A stretch of 64,000 nucleotides of DNA from a virus (IMGVR_UViG_3300048854_000081:1-64000); one strand, 5' to 3'; counted from the stretch's first letter, positions 7,990 through 17,907 are shown. Notes: generated from the sequence alone by a model not told the origin. A program made the numbers and translations.

Positions 7990-8129
7990 GGGAATATGAC
8001 GGAACTGGACAGACGCGCGGGCTAGGCAACACCTCTTTAGAGGATATCCACTTAGGGAGAAAGGAGCTAAACCGGCCGCAATATGCTAAGTCATAAAGCT
8101 TGTGGGTTCGAATCCCACTATTCCCACCA
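7990..8129 (+). ncRNA. Leu-type tRNA scaffold with expanded, branched anticodon arm
   Basis: GGGAATA/TATTCCC-A-CCA, Leu-like D arm ACGGAACTGGACAGACG, canonical T arm, ~50-nt insert. Confidence 0.75.
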
Positions 8130-8178
8130 TTTTACACGACTTGACAGTTATATTTTAGATGGTATAGTATTTCAATAA

Positions 8179-8249
8179 ATCGGATCATCTAGGTAGCAAG
8201 ACTTCCTTGTAATTTGAGGAAGAACGTTGGTGAAAGGCCAACTCCGATG
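8179..8249 (+). ncRNA. degenerate tRNA-like RNA
   Basis: ATCGGA/TCCGAT, CTTCCT-9nt-AGGAAG, GTTGG-TGAAAGG-CCAAC; follows a promoter. Confidence 0.5.
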
Positions 8250-8257
8250 AAGGTTAT

Positions 8258-8400
8258 GGGGCAAAGTGGTGGGTTGGAAACCACACCGCCACTATCAGGC
8301 GGCAGGCCATGGTTGACTATGAGGGCGCACAGTACACGCGTTCAAGATTAGTCTGACCCTCTGGACTTATAGTAGGTTCGAATCCTATATTGCTCCACCA
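8258..8400 (+). ncRNA. 143-nt RNA with Ala-identity acceptor (G3.U70, A73, CCA)
   Basis: GGGGCAA/TTGCTCC-A-CCA, GTAGG-TTCGAAT-CCTAT; interior not tRNA-like. Confidence 0.7.
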
Positions 8401-8432
8401 ATTTCACAACACAAACCAAACAGGGTAACATT

Positions 8433-9722
8433 ATGAATCGTAAATTTATTCTCGCTGCGATCCTTGCAGTATTACCACTAACAGCGTTCGCACAGAACCA
8501 GCCATGTCCGGTTGGTACGACCAGTTGTACGCAGTCCAGTCAGAGCATGGGTGACGTGGACAATGGCTCCACTGCCAATGGCACACAGAGCAACGCCAGT
8601 CAGGCCGGTAACTCGGCCAATTCGATTGCGACCGGCAACAACATCAATCCGAACTTTGATAACAAGGCGCAGACGACACAGAATGCGACCAACACCACGA
8701 CCGGTACTATCAGCGGTGGTAACACCAACAGTGCAGCCACGGGTGGTAGTTCCATTGGTAACTCTTCCACTAACGATAACCATTCATCGGTAGGTAATAC
8801 TTCGTCTAACAGCGGTGGTAATATCCTTGGTGGATCGTCCAGTGGTGGTAACACTCTTTCTAACGGTTCGTCAAGCGGCGGCAATAACCTTACCAATGGT
8901 AGCAACACTGCGACCAACACTGCAAATGGCGGTGCCGGTGGTCAGGGTGGCACAGCTACAGGTGGTGCAGGCGGTTCTTCCACGTCTTCCTCTAACGGTA
9001 CGAATGCACAGGGTCAGGGCCAAGGCCAGTCATCCACCAATTCTAACGGTCAGGGTCAGTCATCTACTAATGCTAACGGCCAGTCGTCTGCCAATAAGGT
9101 AACGGGTGGTGCACAGAGCAATGGTCAGGGTCAGTCGTCCACTAACTCGCTGGGGCAGGATGCTAGTACTCGTTCGGGTTCGGATGTGAATGTGGATGCT
9201 TCGGATCGTTCGTCGAGCAATTATAGCGAGAAGACGATTTTCATTCCGGCAATCGTTCCCCCAACGCTTCCGTCACAGGTTGTTGCTGGTAACATCATCC
9301 ATGAAACGCTAGCTTGTGGTCCTCGCCAAGTTGTGGTAAAGACTCCTATCCAAGGCACGTATTTCGGTTTCTTTAAGACTAAGCGTATCGAACAGGGTAC
9401 GACAGATGATCTTGCTCCTGAAGTAGATGCTAATGGTAACGCAGTGTTTTATAAGAAGATGCTGCTTCCGGATGGTCGCTATCATTTGATTGGCTCACAG
9501 CCAGTACTTATTTCTACTGTAGTAAGTATCTCCGGTGCTCGTAACTTTGCCATGGGTGGCAATGGTAACGGTGGCGCATCTGGTCAGATTGGTGGTGGTG
9601 CATCGGCTGCAATGAATCAGCTTGCGGTTCGCATCGTACTCCATGATTGTGATCTTGGCCCGATGACACCAGAATCGGTCAACGTTTACATGAATCCGAT
9701 GCCCAAGCGCATTCGTCAGTAA
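8433..9722 (+). CDS. secreted G/S/N/Q-rich repeat protein
   Basis: Sec signal peptide ending AFA; SSGGN and GQGQSS repeats; globular C-terminus. Confidence 0.85.
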   Translation: MNRKFILAAILAVLPLTAFAQNQPCPVGTTSCTQSSQSMGDVDNGSTANGTQSNASQAGNSANSIATGNNINPNFDNKAQTTQNATNTTTGTISGGNTNSAATGGSSIGNSSTNDNHSSVGNTSSNSGGNILGGSSSGGNTLSNGSSSGGNNLTNGSNTATNTANGGAGGQGGTATGGAGGSSTSSSNGTNAQGQGQGQSSTNSNGQGQSSTNANGQSSANKVTGGAQSNGQGQSSTNSLGQDASTRSGSDVNVDASDRSSSNYSEKTIFIPAIVPPTLPSQVVAGNIIHETLACGPRQVVVKTPIQGTYFGFFKTKRIEQGTTDDLAPEVDANGNAVFYKKMLLPDGRYHLIGSQPVLISTVVSISGARNFAMGGNGNGGASGQIGGGASAAMNQLAVRIVLHDCDLGPMTPESVNVYMNPMPKRIRQ

Positions 9723-9792
9723 TCGATTTAGCTAATACAAATAAACCCGCTATCTAACGGTAGTGGGTTTATTCTATAAAGGATTATCAACC

Positions 9793-10140
9793 ATGTCAAC
9801 AATTATTGTTAGTCTATCTAAAGCTGTCATCTGCATTGCTGCACAATGTTATCCAGCATTAGTCGGTGCCTCTACACCTACCGGAACGTTTGAATTGGAA
9901 AATGTTTTGGTCAATAGTCAAGGTTACGGTGGCGACGTACTCATGTTTAAGGAAACCCCGACAGAAATCTTCGCCATCCATCGTGTGTGGACACTGAAGC
10001 CTAAGGAACGTCGTCTAGAACGTCTAGAGTCTCCCAACGCACAAGATCGTCATGGGATCACTGGCGGGTGTATCAATGTTGAGCCAGAGGTGTATGACCT
10101 TCTCGTGGAAGAGGCTGATACTCTTAGGATCGTACCATAA
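9793..10140 (+). CDS. L,D-transpeptidase (YkuD-like) domain protein
   Basis: TPTGTF, FAIHRVW...TGGCINV catalytic His/Cys motif. Confidence 0.8.
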   Translation: MSTIIVSLSKAVICIAAQCYPALVGASTPTGTFELENVLVNSQGYGGDVLMFKETPTEIFAIHRVWTLKPKERRLERLESPNAQDRHGITGGCINVEPEVYDLLVEEADTLRIVP

Positions 10141-10219
10141 CAGCGCTGAGGCACTTGACACGCACATCACAGGACATCCACCATGATCGGCATCCCTTCC
10201 AACACAGATCGGATAGACG

Positions 10220-10450
10220 ATGGACCACCGCAGAAGAGAAATCGAGTCGATGTTACGGGCTTGTGGCGTGACAGATTTCAAGATACTCCGTGAGAAGAAG
10301 CATTATGTTTACGAGCTTCTAACACCCTTCGGAACACGGAAGATGGTGATGAGTAAATCACCCAAGACTAATAATCGTACGAATAAGAATAACCGCTCAA
10401 CGATTATGCAGTTAATGACCAATGAAGCATTGGTACGAGTCAGTCGGTAG
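10220..10450 (+). CDS. small basic protein
   Basis: ORF after promoter; ends TAG. Confidence 0.65.
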   Translation: MDHRRREIESMLRACGVTDFKILREKKHYVYELLTPFGTRKMVMSKSPKTNNRTNKNNRSTIMQLMTNEALVRVSR

Positions 10451-10687
10451 ATTGACCTCCTTTGTTTATAACTGTATGATGCGGCCTATGACAACTAACC
10501 TCATTGGCCGCATCATGATCATCCTTACAATTCTTATGCTCGTTATATGCGCAGCACTCTTGGGATATTGTCTTGCCATGGGATTTCATCGTGGCTGGGA
10601 TACTCAATTGAAGTTCAATACGGCGACGTTCGCGGTAAACGTGATTATCTTCGCCATCCTCACTAAACAAGCCATTGGACATTGGTA

Positions 10688-11029
10688 ATGAGATATACGG
10701 TAGTAATCCATTATCATGATGCTGAGTTAGCACCAGAAATATTCGGAGTGGAGACTCAAAAGCCTAAGGATTCTGTGGTCGATACCATCACCACAACCTT
10801 GGAAACGTTGATCGGAACTCGTAAGGAATATCTACGCAAGCTCAGGAACATGACCATGAGCGACACAGACTACGATAGCGTGGTCGATGCTCGTTTTAAG
10901 ACTCGTGTCTTACCCTTTGATTTAGGTTGCGTTATCTTACCCGATCACGGTAAAAAAGATTTCAATGTCCTCATTGAAACTCTGGACGAATGGTGGGAAT
11001 CCAATATCCATATGGACCCAGCCTCATGA
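10688..11029 (+). CDS. hypothetical protein (related to 14819..15160)
   Basis: Shared C-terminus GxVIxP...TxDEWW/F. Confidence 0.7.
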   Translation: MRYTVVIHYHDAELAPEIFGVETQKPKDSVVDTITTTLETLIGTRKEYLRKLRNMTMSDTDYDSVVDARFKTRVLPFDLGCVILPDHGKKDFNVLIETLDEWWESNIHMDPAS

Positions 11030-11170
11030 CTTCTAAAAATATACCTGATGGGTTCATCACAATAGATGAACTCATCGAAACCATGTGTAAGGATGACCCT
11101 GAATTCCGTAAGTTATTGGAGGAAGAACGCATTCTGTTGCATGAAGAATTAGCTGAAATTAAGAGAAACA

Positions 11171-12415
11171 ATGGAAACTAAACTTTTTATCCCTAAGACC
11201 ATTCGTGTTGGTTATCAGGAGCGTCCAGACACATTCACTGGCAAACTTGCTTACGTAATTTATTACGATGAGAAGGGCAAGCTTCGCAAGGAATCATCGT
11301 GGAACAGTTGGTGTGAATCCGAGCTAGGCCATATCGACATCGAGAACACGCCTAAGCCTAACTTCGTCTTGAACAAGGGTGTGAAGCGCTACGGCGGCTG
11401 GGGTTCGAACAGTGGCCGGAACATGGTCCGCATCTACGACCCTCGTGACTTTGAGTTTGAGATTACCGTGGAAAACCTCCTAGGTGTGCTCGCACACTCC
11501 GATGTGACCAAGCGTGACATCGTAGAAGAGTGCGTGTACGCGTGGGCTGGCAGTGAGCTAGTCTTGCTCCCGGTCAATTCCGATGCTTACCAGCAATCGT
11601 TACTTTACACTGAGAAGCAGGAAAAAGGAGTATCGGCCAAGGAGCTTATCAAGGGTCATACGTACACGCTGCGCAAGAGCGATGGCGAATTGATTTACAT
11701 CGGTCACTTTAAATATTTTGAAGTGGGGAGTTATCGCCGTGATGCTTTTCAGCATGATAAGGGTAAGAAGCACATTTTCTTTGATGGTAAACATTATGTA
11801 ACTCCCGGTGTCGCTACGTTGGCCGAGGACATTTCTAATGAACCTGTTGCTAATTATGCTAATTTGGTAGAAGCATTCTTGTCGAGCACGAGTGGCAATC
11901 GCATTTCTGGAATTTATCATCGTATTTCGGATACGATTAAAGCTGGGCAGCAATACGTTATTCCTACTTCAAATCCAGATCGATTTATGACAGTATTTCA
12001 AAGTGCTGAGCCGGATAGTTCAGGTAACCCAAGAGTGCTGAATTTTGTTACTAACAGTAGTCGATATCACTACGGAAGCTTGCATCAGTTCGCACGTTAC
12101 ATTACAGCTAGAATGGATGGTAATGATTTTTATAAAAAAGAGCATTACTATAGTTCATGGGATAATGAAAATCCGTTCTATACGCCTGAGCGTGTCGAGA
12201 CGTATGGTCATTATTCACAGTATAAGACTGACAAGGTAATTCCAGCCAAGAAATCACCAGAATATATTAAATTTGCTGATTTCTTTGAAAGTAAGGGTTA
12301 TGATCTAACAGCTATTACGACAGAACAGGTCGTGGAAGCCATGAAGCACATTGGATTCGGTAAGATGGTTTACGTGTTTGCCGATGGTAAAGAAAAAGAA
12401 ATTGATTACATTTAA
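11171..12415 (+). CDS. large-phage hypothetical protein (414 aa)
   Basis: Long ORF with GKLAYVIYYDEKGKLRKE and DPRDFEFEI motifs. Confidence 0.85.
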   Translation: METKLFIPKTIRVGYQERPDTFTGKLAYVIYYDEKGKLRKESSWNSWCESELGHIDIENTPKPNFVLNKGVKRYGGWGSNSGRNMVRIYDPRDFEFEITVENLLGVLAHSDVTKRDIVEECVYAWAGSELVLLPVNSDAYQQSLLYTEKQEKGVSAKELIKGHTYTLRKSDGELIYIGHFKYFEVGSYRRDAFQHDKGKKHIFFDGKHYVTPGVATLAEDISNEPVANYANLVEAFLSSTSGNRISGIYHRISDTIKAGQQYVIPTSNPDRFMTVFQSAEPDSSGNPRVLNFVTNSSRYHYGSLHQFARYITARMDGNDFYKKEHYYSSWDNENPFYTPERVETYGHYSQYKTDKVIPAKKSPEYIKFADFFESKGYDLTAITTEQVVEAMKHIGFGKMVYVFADGKEKEIDYI

Positions 12416-12424
12416 GGAATAGAC

Positions 12425-12856
12425 ATGACTGATATTGATACCCAAATTACCCAACTTTTTGCCAAAGTCCGTAAGGATCGTGCTGAACTGGAATCTCTTG
12501 AAGCTGAGACTAAGAAAAGTTGGGTAACCAATTGTTCTCTTCCAATCGACGATCAGCGTCCGGTCAACATCCAGACGGCCAGCATTGCCGCTTTACGCAC
12601 TGCTGTAGCTTCGTTGCTATCCCATAGAGATTATCATGGTAAAGCCGCTAAGGAGCTTGGTGTTCCACTATACGAGCATGTTGGATCGTATACGTATGAC
12701 CAGTGGTTAACAGATTGCAGAAAGCGTGTTGCTGTGTTATCTTTGCTTGAGAGTAAGCGCAAGCTTGATGAACTTGAAAAGCGTTTGGATGCCATTGTGT
12801 CACCAGAACAGCGTCGAGCCATGGAGTTAGAAGCTCTTCTTAAAGAAATTGGTTAA
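12425..12856 (+). CDS. hypothetical coiled-coil protein
   Basis: AAGGA SD, coupled to previous gene. Confidence 0.8.
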   Translation: MTDIDTQITQLFAKVRKDRAELESLEAETKKSWVTNCSLPIDDQRPVNIQTASIAALRTAVASLLSHRDYHGKAAKELGVPLYEHVGSYTYDQWLTDCRKRVAVLSLLESKRKLDELEKRLDAIVSPEQRRAMELEALLKEIG

Positions 12857-12879
12857 TATAACAACTAAAGGATTGTAAG

Positions 12880-13221
12880 ATGAACATTCAGAACGTAAGA
12901 AAACTTCTTGTAGAGAAGCATGGTCGCACTGAAGATAACATTCGTAGTATCTTTCCGGGTACTGATCCGAATGCTTCAGACGAAGATGTAGCACGGGAAA
13001 TTGACCGTGTTCTGACTGACTTCGAAGCCGAAATTCAAGCCCGCGACACCATTCTCAAGGGTGATAATGGCTGGATTACCAATGCAGAGTATTTGCTAGG
13101 TCGTTGCCCGCATACTATTCGTATGTGTGAGGGTGGCGGTCCTGAAGACCTTCTTTGGTCTCTGATTCTTACGTTCATGAAGATGGAAATCCTGCTAGAG
13201 AAGAAAAACGGCAAGGCTTGA
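12880..13221 (+). CDS. hypothetical protein
   Basis: ORF track. Confidence 0.7.
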   Translation: MNIQNVRKLLVEKHGRTEDNIRSIFPGTDPNASDEDVAREIDRVLTDFEAEIQARDTILKGDNGWITNAEYLLGRCPHTIRMCEGGGPEDLLWSLILTFMKMEILLEKKNGKA

Positions 13222-13251
13222 CATCTACTAAATAAGTGTTACTATAGAGTC

Positions 13252-13520
13252 ACAAAGTTTGAAGGGCATAGACCCACGGTATGGGAACGCAGGACCAGCG
13301 TATATTTGGGATTGCCACGAAAGGTGGATGAAAGTTAAGCCAGCCCTTGGTCTTTCAGTGAGTTACCGTCGTGAGACGGAATTAGTAATCGGTAGTTGAG
13401 TGCGCTACACGATGAGAATCAAGAAGCACACCCGCAAGGGCAGGACGCGAATAGAAATACGAGCGTCGGATGATAGAGCTTTAGTAGGATATGGCTATCA
13501 CCAAAAATAAATCCTTAGTT
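13252..13520 (+). ncRNA. ~270-nt structured ncRNA, unknown class
   Basis: Promoter TTGACA-16-TACTAT at 13218, GNRA hairpins (GAAA, GTGA, GCAA), no ORF, terminator follows. Confidence 0.7.
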
Positions 13521-13524
13521 TTTG

Positions 13525-13555
13525 AAGCCTCTCAGCAATGGGAGGCTTTCTTTTT
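13525..13555 (+). terminator. intrinsic terminator
   Basis: AAGCCTCTCA-GCAA-TGGGAGGCTT followed by T-tract. Confidence 0.8.
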
Positions 13556-13614
13556 GATTGACGTTACCGTTCAAATGTATTACACTCATACCATATCAAT
13601 GACTGGATGACGCT

Positions 13615-13926
13615 ATGAACGAATTCTATGCCGATGAATCAGGTATCCATGGGTTCGGATGCTTTACCAGAGTCGATATCAAGGCTGGTGAAAGGTTCAT
13701 CGTCAATGTATTGCCTGTGGCAAAGCCGCACAATTTAGATCATTGCTTTCCGTTTAGTTTCACCGAATCGTGCATCGTCCTGTCTCCATTTTCTTATTGT
13801 AACAATTCACAGAAGCCTAACTTCAGAGTGAAGCATATGAATTTTGTTGCCAGAGAATTCACTTTCGAAGCAATCACTGACATTCCAGCCTACACAGAGA
13901 TTACTCTGTCTTATAACGGTGGCTGA
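13615..13926 (+). CDS. SET-domain protein (lysine methyltransferase fold)
   Basis: SGIHGFGCF...IKAGE, NNSQKPN (NHS variant), AITDI...EITLSY. Confidence 0.8.
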   Translation: MNEFYADESGIHGFGCFTRVDIKAGERFIVNVLPVAKPHNLDHCFPFSFTESCIVLSPFSYCNNSQKPNFRVKHMNFVAREFTFEAITDIPAYTEITLSYNGG

Positions 13927-13993
13927 ACGAACGGTTTGACAATACAATGCAATTGCATTATACTTCAGTCATATATCCAATGAAAGAATCCAT

Positions 13994-14506
13994 ATGGAAA
14001 AGCTGAAATCACAAAATGACTGGTATGAACTCGATTACGATATGCATAGCAGACGCAATCAAGATTACTGGGAATACATGCATCTTGACGCAGACCGTGA
14101 GGCTGTGGTAAAGGAATTGAATTCCATGTATCCAAACGTTGAGTTTCGTTTGGCTTTTTGGCTCATTGGCAAGCGTAAGGATTGTGGATTCATCACCAAA
14201 GATAAAGCCTTGGCAATGAAACTTTTTCGCGATTTTCATCTGGACTTTGTTTATGATGATGTGACAGGTTATTTTTTCATGGACATCTTTGCTCGCCATG
14301 AAATCTTCTGTCATGCACTGTACGTCTTTCACAAGAGTAAGGGAAAGGAATCGGGTCTTGATTACAGGGATGGGTATGATCTTTGGATTGATAACAATAT
14401 GGGTCTCATGAAGTCTACACAAGGTCGCAATGTTATGTGTGGTAAAGACTACAAGGTACCTAGTGAACTTAAACTCTTCGTTAACCGATATCTGGAACGT
14501 ATATGA
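13994..14506 (+). CDS. hypothetical protein
   Basis: ORF after promoter. Confidence 0.75.
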   Translation: MEKLKSQNDWYELDYDMHSRRNQDYWEYMHLDADREAVVKELNSMYPNVEFRLAFWLIGKRKDCGFITKDKALAMKLFRDFHLDFVYDDVTGYFFMDIFARHEIFCHALYVFHKSKGKESGLDYRDGYDLWIDNNMGLMKSTQGRNVMCGKDYKVPSELKLFVNRYLERI

Positions 14507-14826
14507 ATCGCTTTGGTGCCCTCACTTGTAATTTTGACCTTCGCCTAGCGATGAGTATTCCGCTGTTTAATTATGGCGGTGAAACGATTGAGGGTACTGT
14601 CGATTATGTTGAACAATATGATCGATATGAAGTTAAGTTAAAGAATGGGGAGACATTTGACTTTCGTCTGCACGACGTGAGAGACTTTCCGGCTGATCAT
14701 GGCGGGATCATGTTCTCGATTGAGTCGGCTGGAAAGAATCTGTCCGATGTGACACTGATCTTGCCTCTACTTTTTGCACGAGAAGACGATGCCGAAGAAG
14801 AAATCGAAGAAGAGCAAAATGAATAA
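14503..14826 (+). CDS. hypothetical protein, acidic tail
   Basis: ATGA coupling. Confidence 0.7.
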   Translation: MNRFGALTCNFDLRLAMSIPLFNYGGETIEGTVDYVEQYDRYEVKLKNGETFDFRLHDVRDFPADHGGIMFSIESAGKNLSDVTLILPLLFAREDDAEEEIEEEQNE

Positions 14827-15160
14827 GTATATTATCCAATTGGGGATGGACGCAGGGGAAGACGAGGACATGGTTGTAGACCAGTTCGCCGTCAAGACCG
14901 CCATGTCTGTTGAAAAAGTGCTTCAGGCCATTCACGAGCGCTCTATCAGGATTCAGGCCGAGTATTACAAGCCTCTCAATCGTGCGGAGGCTAAAGTCGT
15001 GTCGATCAATCGTGCCCACGCCATGGCAGTAGATGCCGTCGAAATGTTGTGCACTCTCCGCTTCGAAGTCGGTAGCGTCATCATTCCTCACAATCTCATC
15101 ACGGATGAGGTGTTGGTCTTCACCATGGACGAATGGTTCGACTATTGTCTAAGAGAATAA
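14819..15160 (+). CDS. hypothetical protein (related to 10688..11029)
   Basis: GSVIIP...TMDEWF. Confidence 0.7.
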   Translation: MNKYIIQLGMDAGEDEDMVVDQFAVKTAMSVEKVLQAIHERSIRIQAEYYKPLNRAEAKVVSINRAHAMAVDAVEMLCTLRFEVGSVIIPHNLITDEVLVFTMDEWFDYCLRE

Positions 15161-15162
15161 TT

Positions 15163-15714
15163 ATGAGAGACATATCTAACCATTATAGAGAGCAAGGTGT
15201 AGACGCATTCTACCTTGAGAATAAGGACAGTTACGTTAACCCACATGCTCTAGATGTGGAGATATGCCTTGGGAAGATATGGGATGGCCCTGTATGGCGC
15301 ACAGCGCGAGTCCTAGACATGGCTTGTGGTGATGGGCTGGTCTCTAAGTGGATCGCTCGTAACCATAAGCTGTGTGCCGTTGAGGGTGCTGATAAGTTCA
15401 TGGCTGAGCGCTACGTCCAAGAGACAGGCAATGCATGTCATGGGGTATCGTTTGAAGAAGTGGCTAAGCATAATCATTCACTGGCGACGTACGATCTTGT
15501 CATCATCAGCTATGGCTATGACCTTATCCCAAAGTCTTATCGTAATTCATTCCTGTGGGAAATGTACAGAATAACCAATAACCTCTTGATCATTCGACCG
15601 AACAATAAGTTTATTCTAACACCACTATTCGAACTGGCGTCAGCAACACACTCCAACAAAGCGAAAGCTAAACTTTATTCTAAACGAGAAAATTATGGAA
15701 ACCAGAGATTGTAA
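15163..15714 (+). CDS. class I SAM-dependent methyltransferase
   Basis: RVLDMACGDG motif I, GAD, YDLVIISY. Confidence 0.85.
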   Translation: MRDISNHYREQGVDAFYLENKDSYVNPHALDVEICLGKIWDGPVWRTARVLDMACGDGLVSKWIARNHKLCAVEGADKFMAERYVQETGNACHGVSFEEVAKHNHSLATYDLVIISYGYDLIPKSYRNSFLWEMYRITNNLLIIRPNNKFILTPLFELASATHSNKAKAKLYSKRENYGNQRL

Positions 15715-16039
15715 TTGTGAAACCTGTCAAGAACTAAGCGAATTCTATGCTAATCTTCAAAAGATTCCTGAAGAGCTACGTTCCTATTTTGAGGCAATCT
15801 ACATAAGCTTGGCCGGTCAACGGCTGGACAATGAAGTCAACAATGCAATTCTTAATGGGGAATGGCCCGGTTCAGAGGAAATCTGGCGTGCAAATGGCTG
15901 GATTCGTAAGCCTGAGCCTGTTGTTAAGGAATCTTCAGGCGATCCTTGCCCTAACTGTGGACTCTTTAACGTTTATGCAGCCTCAGGTGGTGGTGAGAAG
16001 TGTACCACCGCAGGATGTGGGTACTGGTTCTGTTATTGA
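15695..16039 (+). CDS. protein with C-terminal zinc ribbon
   Basis: CPNCG...CTTAGCGY. Confidence 0.7.
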   Translation: METRDCNCETCQELSEFYANLQKIPEELRSYFEAIYISLAGQRLDNEVNNAILNGEWPGSEEIWRANGWIRKPEPVVKESSGDPCPNCGLFNVYAASGGGEKCTTAGCGYWFCY

Positions 16040-16534
16040 CAAAATATTCATTAAACGGCATAATATAACCATAACGCAACGGTTACATTATGAAGCTTGG
16101 TGATAAGATAGGTATTACGTTAGTCTTTGCTACGATCATTGGAATTGGCTTACTTAAAGCCTACATGAGCTATGAAGCATGGACTGAGTGTCGAGCAGCA
16201 TTCCACGGTCTTCTCTATTGTGCGTTCAGATGAATTTGAAGTGTTTACAATGTGACGGAGCCGTTGCAATCTGTCAATATTATGTGTATCCTGATCCAGT
16301 TGAACATTACGTGTCTTGTTTAAACGGGGATTGCCCTGCTGAAGACATTCTTCTGGAAGAATACATGAGGTTATTAAATGATCAATAAGAAGTACACGGT
16401 AACTGCTTGGACCGAAAAATCGTTTGAGTACTACAATCACACTCTTTACAATGGTAACAGTCTTGTGCTAGCCTTGATCAACCTGATTAGAGCTAAAGCC
16501 AAGAAAATGGCTTCCATTAACCTAGGAATCAACA

Positions 16535-16756
16535 GTGAATACACAGCCACCTAAAGTTGTCTTGCTTCAAAATGTCATCAACGAAAATGTTGATGCAGAA
16601 GGCAATCTTGAACCGGGCGAGTACAATATTGCCTATGATGGTGTTATGACCTTTATGCCTGAGTTTCTTAAGTATGATGGTACCAATTGGGAAATTCCAT
16701 CATCCATGTTTAGTGATCGCACAATAACTGTCTTTTGTAAGTCAGGTGATCTATGA
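16535..16756 (+). CDS. hypothetical protein
   Basis: ORF track. Confidence 0.6.
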   Translation: MNTQPPKVVLLQNVINENVDAEGNLEPGEYNIAYDGVMTFMPEFLKYDGTNWEIPSSMFSDRTITVFCKSGDL

Positions 16757-17001
16757 GCATTTGGGAAAACGATAATTACGTTCCAGATACAAAAGATAAA
16801 CGTATTGAAGAGCTTCATGCCAAGGTGGCTAAGCTTAGTGAGGCATTGAAGCCTTTCGCTAATTTTGCTGAATATTTGTCGGATGCGTGTCCAGATAATA
16901 TTGCCTTAGGCATTTATGCTGATGGTGGCATGCAATTTGGACCCGGTGGTGTATCCGTTGCTGATCTTCGACTTGCCAACAAAACATTGAAGGGTGGTTG
17001 A
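16753..17001 (+). CDS. hypothetical protein
   Basis: ATGA coupling. Confidence 0.65.
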   Translation: MSIWENDNYVPDTKDKRIEELHAKVAKLSEALKPFANFAEYLSDACPDNIALGIYADGGMQFGPGGVSVADLRLANKTLKGG

Positions 17002-17179
17002 AGTGAGTGGCGTATGCATGAGAAAGAAAGGTCGCACAGTCCGTTGTGGTGAATGTGATGGAAAGGCTAGAAGCATTGATGACAATTATTGCCCGCATTG
17101 TGGTGGAGAAGTTGTCATGCGCTGGAATGTCGATGAGGATTGCCTCTATGGTGAAGAAGAGGATCATGAACAAACCTAA
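16994..17179 (+). CDS. zinc-ribbon protein
   Basis: CGEC...YCPHCG. Confidence 0.65.
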   Translation: MVEVSGVCMRKKGRTVRCGECDGKARSIDDNYCPHCGGEVVMRWNVDEDCLYGEEEDHEQT

Positions 17180-17386
17180 AGTTACTTATGTAAATGATAA
17201 ATGGCGTTGTACGTTCAAAGGTTTATGGTATTGTGGTGATACGCCAGTGGAATCTTATGACCATTGTAAGAAATTCCATTACCCTAAAGAATTCTAATAT
17301 ATTACACTTTTTTAAAGATAGTCATAAATAGTAGACTTGACTTTCACAAGAATTGTGGTAATATAAATAACCATACAATATAATAT

Positions 17387-17461
17387 GCACCATTCGTCTA
17401 GTGGCTAGGATACGACTCTTTCAAGGTTAAGAAGACGGATCGAAACCGTCATGGTGTACCA
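17387..17461 (+). tRNA. tRNA-Glu(TTC)
   Basis: TCGTCTAGTGGCTAGGA D arm, loop CTTTCAA (weak stem), CCA. Confidence 0.8.
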
Positions 17462-17468
17462 GTTTTGT

Positions 17469-17543
17469 GCTCTGTTCGTCTAGTGGCTAGGATAGTTGGC
17501 TTTCACCCAGCAGAAACGGGATCGATACCCGTACGGAGTACCA
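17469..17543 (+). tRNA. tRNA-Glu(TTC)
   Basis: GTTGG-CTTTCAC-CCAGC, CCA. Confidence 0.88.
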
Positions 17544-17907
17544 GTTTTACTAGGATTCATAAGGAATCTATAGTTACAGGGTGTATACGAGACTTAGTGC
17601 TCCACCCGAAGTATTGAGATTGACTCAATAATCACACCATCATCTTTGAGACTTGGGAATTCAGTGGGCAGCATACTTGTTATGACGCACTCCCAATGAC
17701 ATCACTTACTCCATTATATCTAATATAATCATCATTTGGGGACAAATGCTGTGTAAGCTATGAATTTATCACCATGACGTGGAACATGCGGTCATTAAAA
17801 CCACAAAAACTTAAGTGTCAGTTCGATGTTTGAACTTGGTAATTCTGTGATGTTACATGAGTTATCACCTAGAAGCAACTAGCGGATAAACAAATTGCAC
17901 AAGTAAG

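Noticed and set aside
129-8129. Group I introns in the expanded tRNAs
   Set aside because: Inserts of 50-120 nt are too short and show no P7 core motifs.
8258-8400. Canonical tmRNA
   Set aside because: Too short, lacks the GGATTCGAC-type D region and has no clear tag ORF; kept only as an Ala-identity RNA.
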